A stretch of 64,000 nucleotides of DNA from Anaerolineales bacterium (lineage in GTDB: Bacteria > Chloroflexota > Anaerolineae > Anaerolineales > UBA11579): NCBI GenBank assembly GCA_016932165.1, contig JAFGDK010000009.1, forward strand, positions 5,437 through 69,436, read 5' to 3'. Below are positions 53,230 to 62,600 of this stretch, piece by piece. Below the pieces are notes generated by a model that was not told the DNA's origin, made no database searches, and saw nothing but the letters and a program-made list of their open reading frames with translations. The stretch's first letter is position 1; every line of letters starts with the position of its first letter. The translations under genes were made by a program, and so were the position numbers.

Positions 53230-54129
53230 TTAGTTGCCTGCCGCCTGATACCGCTCGAAACGCCAGGCTAAAGCATCCCGATCAGGCCAATCAATTTTCC
53301 TGCTGGGGAGAATGATTTTTGAACCGTGAAGTTCCTGAAGGCCGTGTTTTAAAATTGGCCCATCCACTTCTTCTAGGATATCCTCTCTGACTTCAATAAT
53401 GAAATCTGGAGAAACACCGAGGATGAAGTTATCAAAGGCGGCGTGGTGTAGTTTGCATAATGCCATCCCGTTATCCACGGTCGGACGGCTGATTTCCTCT
53501 GTGTCCGGGATGATATGAGAAGCATCAAGAAGCTCGCGGTGTTTGAGCCTACAAAAAGCGCATTGGTCATGATATGCCTGGAGGACTCTGTCCCGGAAAC
53601 TTCTTTGGTGAATTCTCTGCCGAACTGCAGCAGTAATGTAGCCTCGTTTTTGTTCAGCAACTCTGTCGGCTTTTGGTTTCGCACCAATCTCTACGGTATC
53701 CAAATCATCTACTTGAACTCTGAAGGTCAAAGATGATGGATCATCTCCAACAATATAAACAGGCCAGGTGGCTAAGTATTTACTAGGGATTGTACGGAAG
53801 AAGTAAACCAACGGTAATCTCAGACGCAAAACTTCCCGAAGTCCAATATTATCCCGGTGACTCGGATCGGTCCCCCGGTATCGATAAGTAAGCAGGCCTT
53901 TATCATCAAAACCATCATCGTAGGGACTTCCCGGGATGGTTTTGATCGAGAGTGGTAAATCCATCACTTTTGGTTTGAAAATTCCCTGTGGATTTACCAG
54001 CGGAATTCTATGTCCCTCAAATTCAAAGCCTTGCTGTAATAATTCTAGCGGCAATACATCCCCATGGATTTGCGTTTGTTCTGCAAGCCATTTGAAGGCT
54101 GCGAGTCGGATGGCAAGGTCTTTAGTCAT
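53230..54129 (-). CDS. HNH endonuclease (HNH_2-type) with N-terminal putative DNA-reader domain; restriction-endonuclease-like
   Basis: C-terminal CAFC...ASHIIP...NGMALCKLHHAAFD. The N-terminal about 150 aa is conserved-looking (GLLTYRYRGTDPSHRDNIGLR, PLVYFF...WPVYIV). Confidence 0.75.
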   Translation of the reverse strand: MTKDLAIRLAAFKWLAEQTQIHGDVLPLELLQQGFEFEGHRIPLVNPQGIFKPKVMDLPLSIKTIPGSPYDDGFDDKGLLTYRYRGTDPSHRDNIGLREVLRLRLPLVYFFRTIPSKYLATWPVYIVGDDPSSLTFRVQVDDLDTVEIGAKPKADRVAEQKRGYITAAVRQRIHQRSFRDRVLQAYHDQCAFCRLKHRELLDASHIIPDTEEISRPTVDNGMALCKLHHAAFDNFILGVSPDFIIEVREDILEEVDGPILKHGLQELHGSKIILPSRKIDWPDRDALAWRFERYQAAGN

Positions 54130-54143
54130 TGAATGACTTCTGA

Positions 54144-54944
54144 TTACTCGGTTAGTTTAGTCCTTATAACATTATAGGTTTGTTTATTTATTGAGATGAT
54201 AACATTTTCATCTGAAATTTGGTAACTTACCTTGGCATGATGGAGTTTCATGTGGCATGTTGGGCAAACTATTATGATGTTGTCGGAGCAATATGAGCCT
54301 GGATACAATTCATGTAGTTCTCGAACATGATGTGCTTCGATATAACGCTCCCCATTTTTCTTCTTGAATCCATACGATCCGCAAATTTGACAGGTGTAGT
54401 TCATTAATTGCTTCAGATAGTTAGTGATCACTCCTGGCCTAGCAACTTGCTCTGAAATACTATGTCGCCTGTGGGGGACAGTATTACGATATTTTTCGTT
54501 GAAGTATCTAATCTTTTCTTTCAGTTCCTCAATTGGCAAGGATAAATCAGATGAATATTGGGCCTTTGATTCATTTACAGAATTATATAGGTCTTCAGGT
54601 TCAAGATATTGAAAGTTGTTGTGATAATGGGAGACTGGAATTCCTTGACCTGTTCCATGAATTCGTAGAATGTCATTGTGAATTGATCCTACCCATCTGT
54701 TTCCTTTAGGAACCAAGTTTTCATCAGAAAAAATGGCTTTTACTTCACTATAAGGCATTATGTATGAATCTTCTTCATCATTTGAACCTATTAGAATTAA
54801 ACAGAAGGCTTCACCAAAATCTGAAATGTAAGTATTAAGCTTTCGTAGATTGAAGGAAAACCAATAATCGGTTGAGAAATCTGCTTTTCTGACGTAATGA
54901 AACTTTTCAAGTTCTTCTCTATTTTCAACTATGTAATTTCCCAT
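54144..54944 (-). CDS. McrA-like HNH endonuclease with N-terminal domain of unknown function
   Basis: C-terminal CQICG...YIEAHHV...IIVCPTCHMKLHH (HNH/His-Me finger with two CxxC pairs). Strongly AT-rich codon usage. Confidence 0.75.
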   Translation of the reverse strand: MGNYIVENREELEKFHYVRKADFSTDYWFSFNLRKLNTYISDFGEAFCLILIGSNDEEDSYIMPYSEVKAIFSDENLVPKGNRWVGSIHNDILRIHGTGQGIPVSHYHNNFQYLEPEDLYNSVNESKAQYSSDLSLPIEELKEKIRYFNEKYRNTVPHRRHSISEQVARPGVITNYLKQLMNYTCQICGSYGFKKKNGERYIEAHHVRELHELYPGSYCSDNIIIVCPTCHMKLHHAKVSYQISDENVIISINKQTYNVIRTKLTE

Positions 54945-55069
54945 AGAAAAACCCCGATTTCATAAAGAAATAGTTTCCATTACAAGTATTATACAGATGT
55001 TTATTCCTCTCACCCAAAATATTGTATAATCCTTCACACACTCAATCACACACATAGCGAGGTTATCCT

Positions 55070-57220
55070 GTGACAAACCCCAAGATCCTGGCAGAATTCG
55101 AGTATCCCCTCCAACCGGTGGACAAAGGCTATACCAACCGCACGCTGTACATCAACGTAACAGACAATACGATCGCCTCCAAACCCGTCTCGCAAGAGAT
55201 GAAGGATATCTTCATCGGCGGGCGCGGCTTTGGGCTGAAGCTGCTGTGGGAGGCGGTCAGCGGGGAGACCAAATGGGACTCGCCCGAAAACGAGATCGTG
55301 ATCTCCTCCGGCCCGATCGGCGGGATCACCCAATACCCGGGCAGCGGCAAGTCGATTGTTGTCTCGGTCTCCCCGACCACCAACATCGTGGTGGACAGCA
55401 ACGTGGGCGGCTATTACGGGCCGTACCTCAAGTTCGCCGGCTGGGACGCCATCGAGATCCAGGGGATCGCCGACAAAGAGGTGATCATTTACGTGGACGG
55501 CGAGGAAGGCAAGGTCCAGATCGTCGAGGCGGAGACGGATGAGGTCAATACCCATAAGCTGACCGAAATTTTGCTGGAGATGTTCGCCGACCCGCTGAAG
55601 CCCAACCTGGTCAGCACGGTCACCGCCGGCAGCGGGGCAGATAACACCCTGCTGGGCTGTCTCAACGTCAGCTATTACGACCTGCCCCGCAGGCAGCTGA
55701 AGGTCAAGCAGGCCGGGCGCGGCGGGACGGGCACTGTCTTCCGCAAGAAGAACCTCAAGGCGCTGGTGGTCAAGATCCCCAAGATGAGCGGCAAGCTCAA
55801 CAACGCCGCCGACCAGCAGCTGATCAACGAGACCGGCAAACGGATGAATAAAGAGGTCAACGAGAACGACCCGGTGCAGAACAGCATGGCCACCAAGGGC
55901 ACCCCGGTGCTGGTCGAGATCATGGATAAATTCGACCTGCTGCCGACCCACAACTTCAAGTTCGGCGGCCACCCGGAGGCGCACAAGATCGATTCCACCG
56001 TCTGGGAGAGCCTGTTCGACCTCTCGGCGCCGGACGGCTGCTGGTACGGCTGTACCCTGGCCTGCGCCCACGGTTACCAGGATCTGGAGCTGCAAACCGG
56101 CCCCTACCAGGGAGACAAGGTGTTTGTGGATGGGCCGGAATATGAGACTGTCGGCGGGGTGGGCTCCAACCTGGGGATCTTTAACCCGCTGCAGATCCTG
56201 GAGTTGAACTTCTACTGCGATACCTACGGCATCGACGTGATCTCCTATGGCACGCTGACCGCCTTTTTGATGGAGTGCTGGGAGAAAGGGATCCTCAATG
56301 CGGAGCGCACCGGCGGGATTGTACTGGAGTGGGGCAATTTTGAGGCGGCCGCCGAGGTGCTGCACGGGATGGGCGCGGGAGAAGGTTTCGGCAAGACCGC
56401 CGGGCTGGGCATCCGCCGGATGAAGAAGATCTTTGCCGAGGAATACGGCACCGATGCGCAGCTGCTGGAAGATATCGGGATGGAAGCCAAAGGGATGGAA
56501 TATTCTGAGTATATGACCAAGGAATCGCTGGCCATGCAGGGCGGCTACGGCCTGGCCAACAAGGGCGCCCAGCACGATGAGGCCTGGCTGATCTTCATGG
56601 ACCAGGTGCTTAAGCTGATCCCCACCTTTGAGGACAAAGCTGAAGCGCTGCATTACTTCCCGATGTTCCGCACCTGGTTCGGGCTCAACGGCCTGTGCAA
56701 GCTGCCCTGGAACGATGTGGAGCCGACCGACAACCGCACCAGGTACAGCGGCATTGAAGCTGCCAAAGTGCCGGAACACGTGCAGAACTACGTCAATCTG
56801 TTCGTGGGGGTGACCGGGCGTACGGATGTGAAGCGCGGCGAGGACCTGATCGAGATGTCGGAAGCGGTCTACAACTTCCAGCGGGTCTTCAACGTGCGCA
56901 TGGGCTACGGCGACCGGGATCACGACCGCATCCCCTACCGCTCGGTTGGCCCGGTCACGGTGGAAGAATATGAGTCCCGCCAGGAGCGCTACGACACCCA
57001 GCTCAAAGAGCTGCTGGATTACGACCCGCAGGGCAGGACCACCGAGGAGAAGATGGCCGTGCTGCGCCAGTACCGTGAGGATCAGTACCAAAAGCTGTGC
57101 GATGCGGTCTACAAGCGGCGTGGTTGGACGGAGAACGGCATCCCCACCGTGGAGACGCTCAAACGCCTGAGGATCGACTTCCCCGATGTGGTCGAGGTGG
57201 TCGAGAAGGCGATCAATTAG
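55070..57220 (+). CDS. aldehyde:ferredoxin oxidoreductase family (tungstopterin enzyme)
   Basis: AOR N-terminal domain (YTNRTLYINV...IGGRGFGLKLLWE) and Cys-rich cluster region (GCWYGCTLAC). 716 aa, GTG start with GAGG upstream. Confidence 0.9.
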   Translation: MTNPKILAEFEYPLQPVDKGYTNRTLYINVTDNTIASKPVSQEMKDIFIGGRGFGLKLLWEAVSGETKWDSPENEIVISSGPIGGITQYPGSGKSIVVSVSPTTNIVVDSNVGGYYGPYLKFAGWDAIEIQGIADKEVIIYVDGEEGKVQIVEAETDEVNTHKLTEILLEMFADPLKPNLVSTVTAGSGADNTLLGCLNVSYYDLPRRQLKVKQAGRGGTGTVFRKKNLKALVVKIPKMSGKLNNAADQQLINETGKRMNKEVNENDPVQNSMATKGTPVLVEIMDKFDLLPTHNFKFGGHPEAHKIDSTVWESLFDLSAPDGCWYGCTLACAHGYQDLELQTGPYQGDKVFVDGPEYETVGGVGSNLGIFNPLQILELNFYCDTYGIDVISYGTLTAFLMECWEKGILNAERTGGIVLEWGNFEAAAEVLHGMGAGEGFGKTAGLGIRRMKKIFAEEYGTDAQLLEDIGMEAKGMEYSEYMTKESLAMQGGYGLANKGAQHDEAWLIFMDQVLKLIPTFEDKAEALHYFPMFRTWFGLNGLCKLPWNDVEPTDNRTRYSGIEAAKVPEHVQNYVNLFVGVTGRTDVKRGEDLIEMSEAVYNFQRVFNVRMGYGDRDHDRIPYRSVGPVTVEEYESRQERYDTQLKELLDYDPQGRTTEEKMAVLRQYREDQYQKLCDAVYKRRGWTENGIPTVETLKRLRIDFPDVVEVVEKAIN

Positions 57221-57237
57221 CCCGGTCCGAAACTTGA

Positions 57238-57260
57238 GGAGCGGCGCCGGCCGCTCCTTT
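57238..57260 (+). terminator. rho-independent terminator after the AOR gene
   Basis: GGAGCGGC-GCCG-GCCGCTCC followed by TTT. Confidence 0.55.
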
Positions 57261-57315
57261 GGCATGTTTAGAGCTTATTTGGAGATTTCCATTGCGCACC
57301 CGCAGACCTGATATC

Positions 57316-58530
57316 ATGTTCCTGATCGTGCTGATCCTGATCATCGCGATGGGGGCGATCCTGGTGGTGTTTAATCAGCGGGTGATTGTGCCGCTGGGCG
57401 GCGACCAGGTTTACGCCCCGATTTGGGAGGCCAGCCGGGCGGCGATGCGTTCGCCGGGGGCCAATCCCTACAGCCTGGAGGCGGTCAGCCGTGCCAGTCT
57501 GCTGATGGGGGAGGGCACTGTGCCAAGATTTTTGTATCCGTATTACAGCCTGATGCTGTTCGGTCCTTTTGCCCAGATCACCCCCTATTCGCTCTCCCGC
57601 GCGGTGTGGATGACGGTTTGCCTGGCCTGTGCGGTCGGGCTGGCAGCCAGCGCGGTGCAGCTGACCCGCTGGCGCCCCGGCGCGCTGGCCGGGATCATGT
57701 TTGCTGTGTTTGCCCTGGGCCGGGTGGAAGTCGTCCGGGCGCTGCTGCTGGGCAACCCTTCATTGGTGATCAGCCTGCTGGCGGCGATGGCTATGTTGAT
57801 GGTCGTCGAGAAGATCGATGTTGGCGCCGGGGTTCTCTTCGGCCTGACGATGATCAAACCGACGATGGTGGCGCTGCTGCTGCCATTCGTGTTGGTTTGG
57901 GCGGTCTCCCAGCGGCGGATGCGCCTGGTGGCCAGTCTGATGGTGACAATCACCGTGCTGGTGGCTGCCTCATTTTTCATCTACCCGGATTGGCTGGGGG
58001 GCAACTACGCCGCCTTTCTGGGCTATTATCAAGCGAGTTTTCCCTCATCGCCGGCGGCGTACGTCTGGTCGTGGATCCCTGGCGCTGGTCCGTGGGCGAT
58101 GGGGGTGACTGCCATCTTGCTGGCCGGCTTAATGTTGATCTCCTGGTGGGGGGCGCTGGGTAAGGACGAACGCTGGTTTTTATGGACTGCCGCCTTGACC
58201 CTCACGATCACCAATCTGCTCGGGGTGCCGGTCTCAGTTTCTGACCATGTGCTGCTGCTGATTCCGTTTGCGCTGGCTTTCTCGGTCTGGTCGCAGCGCT
58301 GGCCAGGCCAGGGGAACCAGCTCTCCCTGTTCATCATGGCGGTGATCCTCGGTGCCGAGTGGGCGCTGTTCTGGTTTGAGATGGGGGGGGATTTTTGGGG
58401 CCGCCCGGCAGATATCTTCTGGTTCCTCTCACCGCTGACTGCCCTGGTACTGCTCTATTGGGTGCGCTATTGGGCGCTGGACTCGATCCAGCTGCGCACC
58501 CGCCACTTGGAAGCACTGCGCAAGTTGTAG
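57316..58530 (+). CDS. polytopic membrane protein, GT-C-type glycosyltransferase-like (DUF2029/GT87-like)
   Basis: More than 8 TM helices. The ATG at 57316 starts directly with a hydrophobic helix. Family assignment is by general resemblance only. Confidence 0.5.
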   Translation: MFLIVLILIIAMGAILVVFNQRVIVPLGGDQVYAPIWEASRAAMRSPGANPYSLEAVSRASLLMGEGTVPRFLYPYYSLMLFGPFAQITPYSLSRAVWMTVCLACAVGLAASAVQLTRWRPGALAGIMFAVFALGRVEVVRALLLGNPSLVISLLAAMAMLMVVEKIDVGAGVLFGLTMIKPTMVALLLPFVLVWAVSQRRMRLVASLMVTITVLVAASFFIYPDWLGGNYAAFLGYYQASFPSSPAAYVWSWIPGAGPWAMGVTAILLAGLMLISWWGALGKDERWFLWTAALTLTITNLLGVPVSVSDHVLLLIPFALAFSVWSQRWPGQGNQLSLFIMAVILGAEWALFWFEMGGDFWGRPADIFWFLSPLTALVLLYWVRYWALDSIQLRTRHLEALRKL

Positions 58531-58539
58531 AAATTGGTG

Positions 58540-60156
58540 ATGGATAAACGGGCTTTGATCCTCCTGTTTGTCTTAGGGCTGGCGGTCGGATTGGCGGGTT
58601 CGCTGCTGCAGACCAACCCGGGCTACATGGATGCTTATTACTATTTCTACACTGGTCAGCAGCTGGCCCACGGCGAGGGGTTCACCGAGATGCTGCTGTG
58701 GAACTACTTGGATGATCCAGCCGGGATCCCGCATCCCTCACATACCTACTGGCAGCCGGCTGTATCGCTGCTGACGGCCGCGGGGATCAGGCTTTTCTCG
58801 GGGATTATGCCGGAATTTAAGGCTGCCCAGGTGATCTTGGTTTTGGTGGTGGCTTTGATCCCACCGGTGACAGCCGGATTGGCATATTCGCTCAGCGGGC
58901 GCAAGCCTCTTGCGTGGCTGGCTGGGGTGCTGGCGGCCTTTACCGGCTTCTACCAGCCTTTCTGGACGACCACAGATTCCCTCGGATTGGTGATGCTCCT
59001 CGGCGGGGTATTTTTCTGGGTGGTGGCTGGGATGAAATCGAGGCCCAAAAGGCAGGCGGTGGTGTTGGGGCTTATCGCCGGGTTGATGCACCTCACCCGG
59101 GTGGAAGGGCTGCTGTGGCTTGGAATGGCCGGGCTGGGTGTGCTGTTCAACCTGCATGGCAGCAAGGCTGATTGCAGCTTCAAGCAGCGTTTCCGCAGGA
59201 TGTTCACCCGGGAGTATTTTGTGCTCGGTGTTCTGACGGTGGCGGGTTACGCCCTGGTGATGGCCCCCTGGTTTTTACGCAATTACTTTGCCTTTGGCGG
59301 ATTGTTTGCCCCTGGCGGGAGCAGGGCGTTGTGGGTAGAGGAGTATGACCAACTGTTTGCATATCCGGCCTCTATTCTCACGCCTGAGCACCTGCTGGCC
59401 TCAGGGTGGGAGGCGGTCTTGTCAGGGCGGATCGAAGCGCTCTGGCAGAACCTGCAAAAGAGCTTTGTGGCCGTCGGTGTGGTGGTGCCAGGTATCCTGG
59501 CAGTAGTCGGGGCATGGCAATGGCGGCACAGGAGAGAAATCCGCCTGGGGGTGATTGGATGGGCGATCCTGTATGGGGTGATGTCATTGGTCTTTCCTTA
59601 TTCCGGGATGCGGGGGAGCTATTTCCATGCGGCGGCCAGTTTTGTGCCGCTGGTACTGGCAACAGCGCCAGCCGGCCTGGATGCTGTGGTGGCAGCTTTA
59701 TTGCGCTTATTCAAGCATTGGGAGGCAGGGCGGATCAGACCGTTGATGGTTGGTTTGCTGCTGGTGTGGGTGATTGGTTTTACTGCGGTTTCATATCTCT
59801 CTGGGGTGGTGGGATTTGATGGGGGAGAGGTGATCCAATGGAACCGGACGGAGAGCAGCTACCAGGCGGTAGGCGGTTTTCTGGAGGAGGCGGGCGCGGG
59901 GTTAGATGAGATTGTGTTGTCTATCAACCCGCCTGCTTTTGTGGTGGTCACCGGGATGCCGGCTGTGGGGATGCCCGATGGGGGCCCCGAGGTGATCCAT
60001 CAGGTGGTCAATGATTACGATGTCCGCTGGGTGCTGGTAGAAGGGACCCCAAAAATGGAGGAGGCGGCATTCTTTAGCTCCCTGACTTCTTCAAGTCTAT
60101 TGGAGATTCAGGCCGAGATTGGTGGGATTACGATTTTGAAGAGAATCGATCCGTAG
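58540..60156 (+). CDS. polytopic membrane protein, GT-C glycosyltransferase-like (GT39/ArnT/PMT_2-like)
   Basis: N-terminal TM followed by a GYMDAYYYF...loop typical of ArnT/PMT-like enzymes, then a C-terminal soluble domain. The ATG at 58540 is preferred over TTG 58534. Confidence 0.55.
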   Translation: MDKRALILLFVLGLAVGLAGSLLQTNPGYMDAYYYFYTGQQLAHGEGFTEMLLWNYLDDPAGIPHPSHTYWQPAVSLLTAAGIRLFSGIMPEFKAAQVILVLVVALIPPVTAGLAYSLSGRKPLAWLAGVLAAFTGFYQPFWTTTDSLGLVMLLGGVFFWVVAGMKSRPKRQAVVLGLIAGLMHLTRVEGLLWLGMAGLGVLFNLHGSKADCSFKQRFRRMFTREYFVLGVLTVAGYALVMAPWFLRNYFAFGGLFAPGGSRALWVEEYDQLFAYPASILTPEHLLASGWEAVLSGRIEALWQNLQKSFVAVGVVVPGILAVVGAWQWRHRREIRLGVIGWAILYGVMSLVFPYSGMRGSYFHAAASFVPLVLATAPAGLDAVVAALLRLFKHWEAGRIRPLMVGLLLVWVIGFTAVSYLSGVVGFDGGEVIQWNRTESSYQAVGGFLEEAGAGLDEIVLSINPPAFVVVTGMPAVGMPDGGPEVIHQVVNDYDVRWVLVEGTPKMEEAAFFSSLTSSSLLEIQAEIGGITILKRIDP

Positions 60157-60222
60157 CAAGCCGGTCTAATCCAAAGGGCAGTGTGGGTCTCTCCGGCTGT
60201 TTTTTTCGAAAGGGATAGTTTG

Positions 60223-60251
60223 TTGCTTGGGTAAGGAGCCTGTGCTATACT
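60223..60251 (+). promoter_or_regulatory. sigma70-like promoter upstream of the response regulator
   Basis: TTGCTT - 17 nt - TATACT. This placement favours the ATG at 60292 as the start. Confidence 0.4.
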
Positions 60252-60291
60252 CATTTTGAGTTATCTAGATGAGCCAAACAGGGATGCTGTT

Positions 60292-60993
60292 ATGGATAAG
60301 ATTAAAGTATTAGTAGTAGATGATCATCCGCTTTTTCGGCAGGGAGTGGTGGATTCGTTCTCCCTGGAGCCGGACATTGAAGTGGTTGGGGAGGCCGAGT
60401 CAGGTGAACGCGCCCTTGAGATCATCCGGCATATCCTGCCTCAGGTAACTGTTCTGGATGTTAATCTGCCCGGGATGAATGGGCAGCAGATCACCCGGCA
60501 GATTGTATCTGAAAGGCTGCCCACGCGGGTGATTTTGCTGACGGCTTATGATGATATGGAGCAGGTGATCCATGCCATGCGGGTCGGTGCGTACGCCTAC
60601 AGCGCTAAAGATGTCTCTCCCCAGCTGCTGGTGGAGATCATCCGGGCGGTGGCCGAAGGCTATTATTATATTGAGGGTCAAAAAATGGATGCTGTTGGGG
60701 TAGCTTCGTGGCTGGAATCTAAAATGGATGCTACCCAGAAAGCCTACAGCGATCCTGGCGAACCGTTCTATCCTTTAAGCACCCGAGAGATGGAAGTGCT
60801 GGGCTGCATTACCCAGGGATTAAGCAATAAAGAAATTGCCCTCAAATTGGGGATCAGCCATCAGACTGTTAAGAACCATGTCACGGCGATACTACGGAAG
60901 TTGAATGTAGAAGACCGGACCCAGGCTGCGGTATTTGCCTTGAAACGCGGTTGGATGCGGCTCCATGGTCATGAATCAAGTTCGGAGGAGTAG
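60292..60993 (+). CDS. NarL/LuxR-family response regulator
   Basis: REC domain (VLVVDDHPLFRQG, ...DVNLPGMNG) and a LuxR-type HTH (LSTREMEVLGCITQGLSNKEIALKLGISHQTVKNH). Confidence 0.9.
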   Translation: MDKIKVLVVDDHPLFRQGVVDSFSLEPDIEVVGEAESGERALEIIRHILPQVTVLDVNLPGMNGQQITRQIVSERLPTRVILLTAYDDMEQVIHAMRVGAYAYSAKDVSPQLLVEIIRAVAEGYYYIEGQKMDAVGVASWLESKMDATQKAYSDPGEPFYPLSTREMEVLGCITQGLSNKEIALKLGISHQTVKNHVTAILRKLNVEDRTQAAVFALKRGWMRLHGHESSSEE

Positions 60994-60996
60994 CTG

Positions 60997-62058
60997 ATGG
61001 CCGAGGGAAATTTTCTGTCTGGTGATTTATCTGTGAACGTAGCTGATCTGATTCAGGATGAAATTGATCGAACCTATCGCGACCTGAGAGAAGTGAACCT
61101 GATGCTGGATCAGAGCCAGGTTGAGGTGGAGAAACTGTCCCAGCGGAATGCCACGATCACGATCCACCTCCAGCAGGTGGAAAGCCAGATGGAGGTGCTG
61201 CCGGTCTCAGAGGTGAAGAATGCATATGAGGCTGCCCTGGATGCACAGCAGCGTCTGGTGGGGATGCGCGGACAGGTGGAAAAATTGCAAAGCGATCAAA
61301 CCAATTTAGACCGGTATTTGGCCTCGCTGCGCACTATTCAGAAGGCTGTAGTGGAACAGGGAGATGGGGCCGGCGCTGTAGGGGAGGGAGGGAACTTCGC
61401 CAAAGCCGAAATGTTGATCCAGGCCCAGGAGACAGAACGCAAGCGGCTGTCACGCCAGATGCACGATGGACCGGCACAGGCACTTTCTAACTTCATTCTA
61501 CAAACAGAGATTGCGATGCGTTTGTTCGAGGTGGATCAGGAAAGAGCGCGAGAAGAATTAACCAATTTGAAGGGTGCGGCATCCAAAACATTTCAGAAGG
61601 TGAGAGATTTCATCTTTGATTTGCGTCCGATGATGCTGGATGATCTTGGTCTGGTGCCAACTGTAAAACAGTATGCCAATTCTTTTCGTGAGAAGCACTC
61701 CGTGGATGTAGATTTTACTGCGACGGGGAATGAGCGGCGTCTGGAATCTTACCTTGAAGTGCTGGTTTTCCGGGCTCTTCAGGAATTTTTAAACTTCGCA
61801 GTTGTAAATGGCCAGGCGGCTGATATCCGGGTGCTGCTGGATATGGGGCAAGTGATCCGTCTGGATGTGGAGGACAATGGTTCTGGGGTGGATGTAAGCC
61901 GGCTGGACCGAGAGGAAGATGCTCTGGGTATTAATGTGGTGAAGGACAGGGTGGAAATGCTGGGCGGTGAGCTGGTGATTGACAGTGCGCTGGGGCAGGG
62001 TACCCGGATCAGCCTGATTGTGCCAGATATCCCTCCGCGCGGCATGGTAGGCGCCTAA
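60997..62058 (+). CDS. cytoplasmic sensor histidine kinase (HisKA_3/DegS-like)
   Basis: No TM segments and a coiled-coil N-terminus. H-box RKRLSRQMHDGPAQ and HATPase_c (DNGSGV...GGEL..DS..GQGTR). Confidence 0.85.
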   Translation: MAEGNFLSGDLSVNVADLIQDEIDRTYRDLREVNLMLDQSQVEVEKLSQRNATITIHLQQVESQMEVLPVSEVKNAYEAALDAQQRLVGMRGQVEKLQSDQTNLDRYLASLRTIQKAVVEQGDGAGAVGEGGNFAKAEMLIQAQETERKRLSRQMHDGPAQALSNFILQTEIAMRLFEVDQERAREELTNLKGAASKTFQKVRDFIFDLRPMMLDDLGLVPTVKQYANSFREKHSVDVDFTATGNERRLESYLEVLVFRALQEFLNFAVVNGQAADIRVLLDMGQVIRLDVEDNGSGVDVSRLDREEDALGINVVKDRVEMLGGELVIDSALGQGTRISLIVPDIPPRGMVGA

Positions 62059-62081
62059 CATAACTGTTAGTCGTTTGTCTA

Positions 62082-62110
62082 TTGATTCCTTAAGTGTTTT
62101 CCCCTATAAT
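62082..62110 (+). promoter_or_regulatory. sigma70-like promoter upstream of the flp pilin gene
   Basis: TTGATT - 17 nt - TATAAT. Confidence 0.5.
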
Positions 62111-62166
62111 GTAGTCATATTCAACCAACCACCAATCGGTGGATATTTATGAAAGGAGAATTCGTA

Positions 62167-62322
62167 ATGTTATTTGCACAGAAAGAAAAAGGACAAGGTT
62201 TGGTGGAGTATGCCCTGATCATCGTCTTGATCGCGATCGTCGTGATTGTGGCTATGAACTTCCTTGGACCCACCATCGGTAACGTATTCAACAACATTGC
62301 TACCACCCTTACCAACCCGTAG
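62167..62322 (+). CDS. flp: Flp-family type IVb pilin (51 aa; below the ORF-track cutoff)
   Basis: MLFAQKEKGQGLVEYALIIVLIAIVVIVAMNFLGPTIGNVFNNIATTLTNP. It has the Flp motif G/xxxxEY plus a hydrophobic helix, with AGGAG 7 nt upstream. The antisense track ORF 62121..62315 is a shadow. Confidence 0.8.
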   Translation: MLFAQKEKGQGLVEYALIIVLIAIVVIVAMNFLGPTIGNVFNNIATTLTNP

Positions 62323-62364
62323 AGGGTAAATTTTTACCCGAATCAACTAGAACTTAGCTGATTA

Positions 62365-62395
62365 GTGAAGCCCCTGTCAAGGGGCTTCACTCTTT
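62365..62395 (+). terminator. rho-independent terminator after flp
   Basis: GTGAAGCCCC-TGTCAA-GGGGCTTCAC followed by TCTTT. Confidence 0.7.
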
Positions 62396-62600
62396 AGGGC
62401 AGTAATCGATTTGTTTATCCCAGGTTGTCTTTTGCACTTATTTAGACCTGAATTTCTCATACAATTTCAATGGCAGATAAGGTGAAAATCTTGTAGACTT
62501 AGCGTATAGTTTGTGCGTTGAAATAGTACCCTTCTCTCCTACATTTTGGGAGAAGAGGGGGGTATAGTTGTGACAGTTAATCAGTAGGATTGGAGGCAGT

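Noticed and set aside
55046-57265. 739-aa ORF on the minus strand covering the whole AOR gene
   Set aside because: It is exactly antisense to a well-supported aldehyde:ferredoxin oxidoreductase gene. The translation is low-complexity (rich in R/G/A/L/H/V/D/P) with no recognisable domain. This is a typical shadow ORF of a GC-rich gene.
62121-62315. 64-aa minus-strand ORF in the flp region
   Set aside because: It is antisense to the Flp pilin ORF. The pilin ORF has the diagnostic GxxxxEY motif, an SD, a promoter and a terminator.
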